The notes below the pieces were generated by a model, which did no database searches, was not told the DNA's origin, and worked only from the letters and a program-made list of their open reading frames with translations. The position numbers and the translations under genes are program-made. A stretch of DNA of 61,700 nt, counting the filler, from Sphacelaria rigidula (taxonomy: Eukaryota): the NCBI GenBank assembly GCA_964200075.2. It is 7 parts of 7 records of this genome, joined end to end, with 100 filler letters (N's around TTAATTAATTAA, not from the genome) between each part and the next. Parts side by side here need not be neighbours in the genome. Positions count along the whole stretch, not along the records: positions 35,317 to 44,044 come from CAXNAA020010256.1; positions 44,145 to 52,872 come from CAXNAA020010257.1; 5 more parts are not named here. One strand, given 5' to 3'. The first letter of the stretch is position 1, and every line of letters begins with the position of its first letter. Of this stretch, positions 39,086-49,665 are shown in pieces.

Positions 39086-39617
39086 GCGTGCAGTACTTCA
39101 GGCAACGTATGTTTCTTTTGCCTCAAGCCGGCGCCTCATTTGCGGGCTAGAAGGTGTGGAGGCACGCTACGCGAACTCTGGGCGAGCACCTCAGACTTCG
39201 CTCGGGCGTATCCTCGGCATCGCACGCAGAGCATGAGGAACAGGAGCCGCACAGTTTTCACGGGAGCCAGAATAGCTCAAGCTACCACACCGTGGATAAT
39301 ATATGGTCAATAGATGCAATAATGTAGACAAAAAATGCACTTGGTGAAGTATAGGCCAATTGCAGCTCACAGTAGCTCCAGTAGGCCCATTCTTTACCCA
39401 GTTCGTTTTTCGTCAGTGATACCTGTCATGTGCCTATTCTTTACGCAGTAAATCTTTTTCTGTATATTGCATCATTGACCAAATATTGTCCACGTTGTGC
39501 GAGCTTCAGACCGAAACATATGTCAACACAAGGAAAATTACAACGGGTTTTTGAACGTGGATGTACCATCTGTTTGACGCTCTGTCCTTTTCTCTCTCTC
39601 TCTGTATCTCCCGGCAG

Positions 39618-39698
39618 GTGAAATTGAAGCTCAAGTACGACGGGAGCACGCGTGTGGTGGTCGTCACCGCAGGTCACTCGTTTCCGGCCCTCCGACAG
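39618..39698 (+). CDS. Isolated 81-nt exon, PB1-domain-like (VKLKLKYDGSTRVVVVTAGHSFPALRQ)
   Basis: Strong polypyrimidine acceptor (ctctctctgtatctcccggcag) and CAG|gtaaca donor. Resembles the basic first strands of PB1 domains. Partner exons not found. Confidence 0.5.
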
Positions 39699-39876
39699 GT
39701 AACAAAGCCCGCAACGTACCGTAGTACTAGCCAGGCCCGACGCTTAATTTGATTTGACTTGACTTTACACAGGGCTTCACGTGCAACGAATTTTGTGACG
39801 TGTAACGTCAAGAGCCCTGGAAATGTTTGAGTCCCCGCCGAACTTTTTTCGTCATTTTTGGTCTGGGCGTAGGTTG

Positions 39877-40150
39877 ACCCTTCGACCGCCAAGGTCGGTC
39901 ATCTGGGCCATTTGTGCATGCATTTTTTATTGATTTTGCTTTTTTACATACTCTAAACCCTTCCCCTTCCTCGGGACGAGTCCGTGGTCTTAAGGGATCA
40001 ACCGATCTCTCCCGGCACACGCCTTGCATTTTGGTCTCACGGATTGGATCATGACCAACACTCCCTCACCGCGTGTACTCACGTACTCACGCTTTCGACG
40101 GTGGAAGTAAGATACTTCCGAGAAAGAGCCCAATGGTTCCAGCGGAACCG
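39877..40150 (+). mobile_element. piggyBac-like MITE family P2, one end
   Basis: Starts ttga|cccttcgaccgc. Body shared with 34000-34270 and 42440-42630. Confidence 0.55.
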
Positions 40151-41691
40151 CTTGACCCCCGGGAAGCAGCGGCTTTGTTCAATGAAAATCATTCCGATTC
40201 AACAGACCGCGCTCCCTGGTGGCCGGAGGGTTTGCACGCGTGGCGCTCTGCTCAACTCGAGACGTTTTGGCTATTGTATGGAATTCTGAGCGAACAAACT
40301 GTGGTAGCCAAGTGATGGAGATGGGCGATACTTGATCTCAGTACTTACTTCATCTATAATAACTTGGAGTAATTTGTATAACGGTGCGCTGAGCCCGAGG
40401 CGTTTTTTGTGTCTGCAGTTGAAACTCAAGTTCCAAGAAAATAAAATGGGATTTGGAGTGCACCATGCCGCAGCTAAGTGATGTAACAGTGCAGCATCAT
40501 CATGTTCACTTCAAAGGATGATTCTTGTATGTGAGACTTCTACTCATTCCGTTAGTTATGGGGACAGATCTGTATTTGTTAGGGCTGTAAAGTGGCAGCT
40601 CTGGCCAGTTAAGCTTAAACTGGCCGCGCCCGCTGCCAGTACATCGATATTTTCCCAGTTGATCAGGTTCGCTGTTTAACATTAACAGGAAAAACATCGG
40701 TGGCGAGCGGCGAAGTCGCAAGTCCCGACGCGCCCCCCCCCTCCCCTGAGTAGTGAGGGGGCCTCGCGGGAGCGCCACCGGAGGCAAGAAAAGTTGCGGT
40801 ATTTGGTTTGTTTTCCCTTCAAAAATGTTAATGTTGTAAAAATGTGACGCCTCACATTGAGGAGCTAAGAGGCTTTCATATAATCAAAATCCCATCCCAA
40901 GCCGTGAGCGATTCGGAGATCATCCATCTGTAGCACGGAGCAGCAAAAACTCTCCGTGAGGAGCGGAGGATGGGAACAGGAAGCCAAGGCTGGCAGGACG
41001 TGGGGATGAGAGCGCAAAATTATTCACGTCCGGGCCGCAAACACGCAATGTACTTGAATAGCGAGCCATGGTGTAATTTTATATTTTGTGGTCGCGGGTT
41101 ACCGTTCGATATTGTTGTTTTCGTATATCGTGCAATGAGACGACAAACCCTGGCATGTATGTGTCCGCTGTATCACTTCGAGGTGTAGCGGGCATGTGCT
41201 GCATTATGTTCAAGACGCTCTGCATCATTCAATTGGCAATTGAGGTTTGGCGTTCGGCGCCTCCGCATCGAGCGTCCCGCCGTATATAAGCTACACATCC
41301 TTTCTTTCTTCGTTTTCCTCATTTGACGAACTAGCCGTCGAACTACCCGCTACGGCCGAAGAAGACGGAAAACTTCAAAACCACGAGGTACCAAGGAAAC
41401 AGACTGGACAAAAAATCAGAAAACACCTGAAGTAGTCACCTTGTGCCTGGCCCAGGGCAAGCCCGTTCTTCATGTTATATGATACTACTACGGAACGCCA
41501 GACCTATGCTGTACAAGTCGACTGGAGCCAGGAAGACGAGGCATGAAGGTGTGTACTGATGCTTGACGCGCTATTGACGTGGACAATTTCCGTCGACGCC
41601 TTCGAAGCGCCCTCCGTCTCAATCGGTACTGTACCCCATATTCCTCTGCGAGTGTAAAGTGCAGGCCTCAATTTTACGGTCAAACCGTATA

Positions 41692-42296
41692 CGAGCTGAG
41701 CCAGTCAAGAGTAGGTGTGAATCTCGCTCAGGCGACGCACGGCGTGATGTTAGGAGTTGGACGCTGGAATTTTGACAGCAGCTTTTTATGATCGGAATTC
41801 AGAAGATCACGTGAGCAGCAAAGATAAATAATAATAATAAATAAGGAAGTTCTGGGGATTCGAAATTTCAGCAAGAACAAGATAATGGCATAAGTCCTGG
41901 AAAAAAATGAAAATCTGCAGCTGCTCACGTTATGTATCATTTCCTTGGGGGCAGGAGGTCTTCCTGAAGTTTCAGCTCAAGAGTCGTCGAATTGGGCCGT
42001 GCGTGCAATAGTTTGCGTGACGCTCGTGCACTCCAACCATTCAAGTGATGGGAGGCTCCAATTGTGGCGGTCATGATTTCGAATCCCGACATATTTTCTC
42101 TTTATTTTCGTCCGTCGGTGACGTCATATATTATGCAGTACATTTTTTCTCATTTTTTTTTTCATTCAGCGGCGGTGCCGTGTGTTACTAGGTTGGTCTG
42201 CACTTCACAGTAATACGCTTACATCAGGTTCATTCGGGAAACTGGGGAAGCTGTGGTGTGAGCATGTTTTAGCAGCTTCTAAGCTGGCCCAGCTCG
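41692..42296 (+). mobile_element. Tc1/mariner-like MITE (~605 bp), TA TSD
   Basis: TA|cgagctgagccag .. gctggcccagctcg|TA. Second copy at 43391-43970; lone ends at ~17898-17911 and ~35341-35355, each followed by TA. Confidence 0.8.
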
Positions 42297-42439
42297 TACG
42301 TATAGTGGTTTAGGCATCTTTGTTATAAACCCACCATACTGAATTGGTATGAAAATAGTCGATAACCTCAAACCTCGAATAAACTGGATAAACTGGCGCC
42401 CTCATCGCCAGTTCCAGTGTACCTCCAGTTCCAGTTTGA

Positions 42440-42629
42440 CCCTTTGACCGCAAGGGTATAGGTCGCCTGCTGAATCGGCACCTATTTCACTCGAAAAAAG
42501 TATGTGTGATCCAGATGTTCCGGGGGAGAGATGGCTTGATCCCTTGAGACCACGGATTCATCCCGAGGAAGGGGAGGGGTTCAAAGTGTGAGGAAAAAAA
42601 ATGGACTACCCGCATCGCGGTCGAAGGCT
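42440..42629. mobile_element. Short piggyBac-like MITE P2
   Basis: ttga|ccctttgaccgc .. gcggtcgaaggct. Left part matches 43974-44044. Confidence 0.6.
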
Positions 42630-42780
42630 ATAAACTGGTCCAGTTCACAGCCCTGGTAGTTGTACAAAACTACGGATTTCAACCTGTCTGCAGACGATTT
42701 TCTCCCGTGGATTGATTTCTCGGATCCGAGATCGTTGTGCAAAGTCAAGTGCCTCGGGTAGCTGTGATGAAACCAGAACG

Positions 42781-42968
42781 ATTCCCCGGTTCTCTAGACG
42801 TTGACTTTCGGCATGTCACCTTTCTGTTCAAACCGAGACACTCCCGAGTATGCATGAACAGAAAGATCTGCTGCCCAAATCTGTCGCTCGAGCACACATA
42901 AAGGGGAATGTCTCGATTTGAGCAGAAAGGTGACATGCCAAAAGTCAACGTCCAGGGAATCGGAGAAT
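42781..42968. repeat. ~190-bp foldback with 65-bp arms
   Basis: gacgttgactttcggcatgtcacctttctg pairs with cagaaaggtgacatgccaaaagtcaacgtc. Confidence 0.85.
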
Positions 42969-42985
42969 TGAATGCAGGATTCGTT

Positions 42986-43323
42986 CACCAGTCGCCCCGG
43001 TAGCTCAGTTGGTAAGCTCCAAACCCTCTGTCGGTTGGGTTGTGGGTTCGAATCTCGGAGCGATGTGAGATTTTTCTCACACAATGCTCAACAGTAGTGG
43101 AGAGCAACGATGTTGTGGGTACACTTCGACTTGATGGTCGACGAGGGAAAGGGATTGCTGAACCCCTCTCGCGATAGAATATAAAGGCAAGCACCGCAGA
43201 AGGAAGGTGGAGAACTCAAACAAACGAAAAAAAAAAACTATTGTGTTGTCCTCCTGTGTGACCTCGGCCGGTACTCCCACAAATACCAAAATGTGTAGAC
43301 TGGCGTACAGAGTAGATGGGACG

Positions 43324-43358
<35 letters not shown>

Positions 43359-43380
43359 GCACGCACGCACACGCACACAC
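42986..43380 (+). mobile_element. Full-length tRNA-derived SINE S1 with (CA)n tail
   Basis: A box TAGCTCAGTTGG at 43001-43012, B box GGTTCGAATCT at 43045-43055, tRNA-unrelated body, microsatellite tail at 43328-43380. Four copies in the window. Confidence 0.9.
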
Positions 43381-43390
43381 AATAAGGGTA

Positions 43391-44044
43391 CGAGCTGGGC
43401 CAGCCAAGAGTAGGTGTGAATCTCGCCCACTCGACGCACGGCGCGATATTAGGAGTTGGACGCTGAAATTTTGACAGCAGCTTTTTATGATCGAAATGCA
43501 GAAGATCACGTGACCGGCAAAGAAAGAAACGAAGAAAAAAGTTATCGGCATTTGAAATTTCAGCAAAAACAAGATAATGCCATAAGTCAAGGAGAAAAAA
43601 GAGAATCTGCAGCTGCTCACGTGAAGTATCAGCTCCTTGGGTGCAGAATGTCTTCCTGAAATTTCAGCTTGAAAGGCGTCGAATTGGGCCGTGCGTTCAA
43701 CATTTTCCGTGACGCTGCTGCACCCGTATGAATCAAGTGATGAGAGACTCCAATTATGGAGGTCATGAATTCGAATCCCGATAGATTCTCTTCCTTTTTT
43801 CGTCTGTCGTTGAGGTTATACATTATGCAGTACATTTTTTCATTATTTTTTTTTCATTCAGCGGCGGTGCCGGGTGTGACCAGTTTGGTCTACACTTTAC
43901 AGTGATATGCTTACATGGGTTCATTCGCGAAACTGGGGAAGCTGTGGTGTGAGCAAGTTTCAGCAGCTTTTAACCCCTAGACCGCGAGGTTAGTCTTCTG
44001 TTGAATCGGCATCAATTTCAAGTGAAATGAAGTATGCATGATCC
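43391..44044 (+). mobile_element. Second mariner-like MITE, interrupted at TTAA (43970-43973) by a piggyBac-like P2 end
   Basis: Collinear with 41692-42280, then TTAA|cccctagaccgc. Confidence 0.75.
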
Positions 44045-45862
44045 NNNNNNNNNNNNNNNNNNNNNNNNNNNNNNNNNNNNNNNNNNNNTTAATTAATTAA
44101 NNNNNNNNNNNNNNNNNNNNNNNNNNNNNNNNNNNNNNNNNNNNTTTTGGGGCGTAAAACGACGTAGAAGCTCCAAAAATACATTTTTCCGGGTTTTTAT
44201 TCTTGTCTATTATAAGAAGCGGCCTGAGCATTTTGTTTTTTTGAAGGTAACCTTTCCAGAATAGCGAGCGGTGAATGACAACACAATGTTCACTAGAGGG
44301 GGTACGAGCCAACCCATGACTGACGAGGTAAGCCACGGGCCACGTGTTATATTCTGCAAAACGGGATGTACTATGGATACAGTAGGCGATACAAGGCAAT
44401 GCAAGGTCATACTAGACCTTACTAGGCAGTACTAGGTAATACGAGGCAATACCTGCAGGATTGCATTATGGGTCGATCGGGCTCCAACTGCACAGTGCCG
44501 CTCTGTATTGTTTTCCATTGGCTGCACGGTCGATTGATTAATTATTAAATATTAAGTGCTGGGAGAGGGGTTCCATCGTAGTCATTATCCATAAGGTGAC
44601 GCACTGTACCCAAGGCCAACAATACGGAAACGCTCGCCAAATGATACTGTACTCGAGAAACGAAAACGATAAAGAAGCAGGGAAAGATAAAACAAAGAGA
44701 ATGATCGGAGAACATGAGGAAACACAACACAACACCGATAGAATATTACACCCCACTGTCAACCGCAATGGACATGTTCACACATTGTGTTTCTGTTGCT
44801 GCGGGCCAAACGCGCGCGTGAAATCCCACCTTTCAGCTGCTGTTGAGCAACGCCTGGAACTAGCAGATGATGTGGACTCTCGCGGTATTCTACCCTCGCC
44901 CAGTCGCGGCCTACCGATCGACATTTCGAACGCGACAAACACCGAAGTAGGGTTGACGCAGTAGCAAATCGCAGGCGTATTCTCCGCAAGTATGGCGTAA
45001 GAGAACACGAAATATCAAATCTACTGGAGTTAGCGCATAGTTCTACTATACGCTCTACAAGTGTCTATGCTGTTGTGTCGATTCGCCGGGCAAAAGGAAG
45101 CTTTTGGGCTGCTCTACTTAGTCTGGCTAGAGCGCGTTGTATCCTCGCCACGAAATTCTACAGCCGTGACCAGAAAATGACGGCATGCTCATGTTCTGGG
45201 TGTGTAACGTACGTGTGTCAACGCCGAAAATTCAATATTGACGGCAGGACATGAGCTGTCAAACACGTGATATCTTCCCGCCAATGCTTACTGCCGTATA
45301 TGTTTCATTTCGAAAGATCATCCACACTCTTTCTGCCACGCAATTTCGATTCTGGTGTCTCGAACAAGGGGGCCGTACACAGCAGAAAATCGCTCCGTTG
45401 GGGTTGGGGGCGCAGCAAGGAATATACACAGGCTTCTTTTCCGTGGGGTCACGGAAATCCTGTAGCCAGTGGTCCATGGTATGCTCTCCATCGCACGTTA
45501 ACATCGCGATCTATTTTTTGGTCGAAGGAAAATCAGCGACCTACCACCAGGCGGATGTTCTTGATGCCCAAGGAACCAGGCAAGTCAGGACAACGGGTAT
45601 CAACAACCGAAGAGCCTATGTTCCTACGGCGTCGCGTTCAACTCCGGTGCCCAAAAGGTGGAAGATGGGCCAGGGCCTTCGGAAGGTACAGTAGGTGATC
45701 AATACTAGCTCTTTGAATACGAACGAGAATACCAAGTGGGCGAAGGGGTACTGCATTCGATGCTCAACGACGCCAATTCAACGAATCGATCGCTAACGGC
45801 GTGAAGCAACCCACCGACGGTAGCGAAATATACCGTCCGCTGTTGACTTATACCGTGCCTAC

Positions 45863-48800
45863 CTAGCTTGCAAAATCCGGTGCCCGCCGGACTGCTGGTT
45901 GAGATTCTCGGCGAATTTCGTAGCCGTGCTGAGTTCGATGGCTCGTTGCCTTTCCAATCGGATTTCCTCTCGAATTCGACGTTTAGCTTTTGCTCGCAAG
46001 AGAAATCGCACGGTGCATAAGTGGTCTAGATACGCCTGGGAGACAAAGCAGAAACGCAGTATACAGGGAAAGGAAGCAACACAAAAAAACGGGGGAAAAC
46101 ACGCAACAGAGAAAATAAACGAAAACGAGAGGAGGTTTCCGACATGAGTAAGGAAATGTAGAACTGTTCATGGAAAAAGTTAGACTTCTACGTACGTGCA
46201 TTGTGTCGAAAACACAACATATTTTCCCCTCCCTCGTGAGCGATCCCGGTAATGTCATGTCATGTTATGAGTCATGTCATGAATCCCTCGGTTATGGGCT
46301 TTCACAACTCGTTTTCGACCCACCTACGTCAACTCTTGAGGAGGCTTGTTCCATGAGCAAAGCGTCCGGAATAGCTTTGAAAATATTGGAAACATTGATA
46401 GCGTAAATGGCATTAATGACATTGATAAGATGGCAAAGGACCGATTGATCGGTTGGTTGATCATCAGCGATCGCTCGATTCACAAAGATTGCAAAAACAC
46501 CCCCCTCCTCCGGAGCCTACTCCGGAGGAACTGACAACTCAGGTATTCAAACTGCGACCAGAAACAGCCGATCATCAAGATTGAGGATGGACCTTTTCAT
46601 TGAGGATGAGAACCCGGAGGATTAAAATCTTTGTATCCACACCAAATCTTCAAAATATGGTTTAATGCTTCCACCTACTGGTAGCTATTGACAACTGCTA
46701 CACTCCCTACAAATTTGGATTTCGATTACCGAACTTTTGGGTTTCTAGATGAAGAAACAATTTTGGGGAATTTAGGTGATCCCATCGGATGCCGAAATTC
46801 CCCCAAATTGGTTCTTCACCTAGAAACCCAACATTTCGGTAATCGAAATCCAAATTTGTAGGGTGTGTAGCAGTTGTCAATAGCTACCAGTAGTTGAAGG
46901 AATGGAACCATATTCCGAAGATTTGGTGTGGATACGAAGATTTTAATCCTCCGGGTTTTCATCTTCAATGAAAAGCTCCATCCTCAATTTCGATGATCGG
47001 CTGTTCAGACTCTCGCCACCCTACCCTCATCGTTTGAGTACCCGTCGGAGTCGTGGAGGATGCGGGATCCTCCACCGACTTGTTTTGACACGCATCGATT
47101 CAAATTCTGCTCTTGGAAGAAAGGTACCACCGCAATGGTGGGCCATTACGAAGGGTCATTGTCGATAGAAGGAGTGACGCAAATTCCAACGGCCATTCTT
47201 TGACAATGCTGTGCCCGATAGCTGCCGGCTTCCCTTTCTTCCAATTACTTGAAAACGAGCATAACGGTTATGAGGACGTAGGAGTAACCCGTAAAGCCCC
47301 CCAAAAGATGTTCCAGTATCGGAGCTCGTGTTTTATTTGTCAGGCACCATAGCGCTCGTCCTCCGCCCTCCATACCGTTTTGCGTGTGTACGCAGTTTCT
47401 ATACTCGTACCAACAAACTTGAATTTCTGTACGCCAACACTTGATACACGTGTTCTGATGCAAAGTCTACATCACAACAAATAACTTGGTGCAGCGCATG
47501 CAGCCGATACGGCACACTGTAGCCCCGTCACTCGGGATCGTAGGATTGACGCTACCGCCTGCATCCCAGCGTACCCATTCCAATTGTTTTTGTGGAATGT
47601 AATTCAGAACGTCCACAAAATGGTGGATAATGACTCGGAAACACCCGCACCTCCCCTCGGTTTTCGTACAATGTATGGAGGAAACGTAATGCGCGCCAGA
47701 ATGTTGGAGCTGTCTCTATTAGGAGTAGGAACGGTGCTCCGTCTCGAAAGGAATGCGTGGTCAATGGTCAAGCGACTAAGGCAAACAAAAAATGAGTACG
47801 CCTCCCCTCCACCCCCCTCCCCCTGCCCGCCCTCTTCGTCTCGAAAGAGATGCGTGGTCAATGATCAAACCACTAAGACAAGCACAAATATGGATGCCCC
47901 CCTCCCCCCCGCCCCCAACCCCCCCTCCCGAACAAGCGACTCACTGAACGCTGCCATACCCGTATGCAAGATAATCGGTGCGTTTCGGGTCGAACAATCT
48001 GAGCAGGATGCAGCTCACCCTTCATGCGACTCGCCCAACGCATCACGGTGCTTCGCGCTTGGTGGTTGCGAGCCTGGTCCGGCGAAAACCCGGCGTGCTC
48101 CATCCCGGCGTTGTAGGGACGCGAGATCAATGGTCTTCTGGCTACGGCATGCAATATCATGAGTACACCCCCCGCCCCGTCCCTCCCCCTCGACTTGGTG
48201 ACCGATTTTTGAACTTTTGGGCAATGCTATCTCAATACCTTAACACAAGCTCCCCTCGTCCACAATGACCCGGAAAGTTAGCCCACCTGCGGCATCAAGG
48301 ATGCAGCAGCCGCCGCTGCCGTGTTTGTTGCCCCCGCATCGACAGGGGTATCACCTTCTGCCGTCGACCCTCCCATCTCCGACGCTACAGCCGACGAAGC
48401 TGCAGCGGCCGCCGCCGCTGCCGCCGCAACCGCGACAGTCGCGTGAGATCCCGGTCGCCTAGCTCGCCCCCTCGTCTTCAATACCACCAGGGCTGAAGGG
48501 GTTTGCTTAAGGATGTCCGCTTTGGTTGGGAGTACGCGTACACAGTGCCTCTCTTCTCGTTTTTCATGTCACGGTTGCGACATATGAGGGGTGAGGCGTG
48601 GGGAACCAGCAGGGTTCACCGCGAAAGGTGACGGTTCACTGGGAATATTTGAGTGTGCAACAATCGATCAGGCACTCGATGAATCAATCCATCAATCGAA
48701 TCAATTTTGCGTGCCACTAGTACCGAGGGATGCTTTTATGTTTTTTTTTAATGTATACACGCTACTACTCCGTACTTTGCGATTCAGACATAATTCGTTG

Positions 48801-49618
48801 CGCCGGTAACCCCGGCGATTATTTGCGCCTCTGCGATGATGTAGAACTCTCCTCGTGCGGCCTTGTGCCGATACTCTACATGCGGCCTTATGCCGATGAT
48901 ATAATCCGTGTACTCACGTAGGTTACGCTGAGCGTGAATAGCTCAACATGCTGTACTCAGCGTATGCTCGTGAAAGGTAACGGTGAGGGTCCTGACTGCG
49001 GGTTTCCGTCCGCTTGAGTGATATTATGTACCACGTACTATGTAGGGAAAGCTGAAAGTATGCTTCGGTATCGAGGCTACTGCAAAGGTCACCGTGAAGG
49101 TTCGCGTAAAGGATTGCGCAAAGGTTGCCGTAAAGATTAGCGTGAATGTAACTGTTGAGGTTAGTGTAAGGGCAGCCTCAAGTCAGGAGGCCAACCACAG
49201 TGTATAGACAGTCCGACTCACCCACGAGCCTCTCCGGGCGTCGTACCAGCACACGCCCACCAGAATCCGCCGAAATGACTGCACCTGGTATAATAGACAG
49301 CCCAACAACCCCGGCGACATGCCGTACAAATCCGGGATCATAAGTTTGTTCAAGACTACCCTTTTCTCGTGCGCGATCTTCATCATGATCACCGCTGCCC
49401 GTACCATTCCCGAAACTGAGTTTATTGCAGTCATCGATCGGGTCTTGAAATCGAGAATCAAATGGGGGGGCGGCACCGGTGGCGGCCGCTCGACCGGGGG
49501 ATGTTTTGCTAGTATCCCCGGGGTTTCGTTTTGCGGGAGACGTTTTTGAATTTTCGTCTCCAGAGACGAGGTTGTTGGAAGTGGATCCAGCAGGTGATTT
49601 CGCGTCATGTGGTGGTGG

Positions 49619-49665
<47 letters not shown>

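Noticed and set aside
42991..43065. Functional tRNA
   Set aside because: The acceptor stem does not close, and the sequence continues into a multi-copy SINE body.
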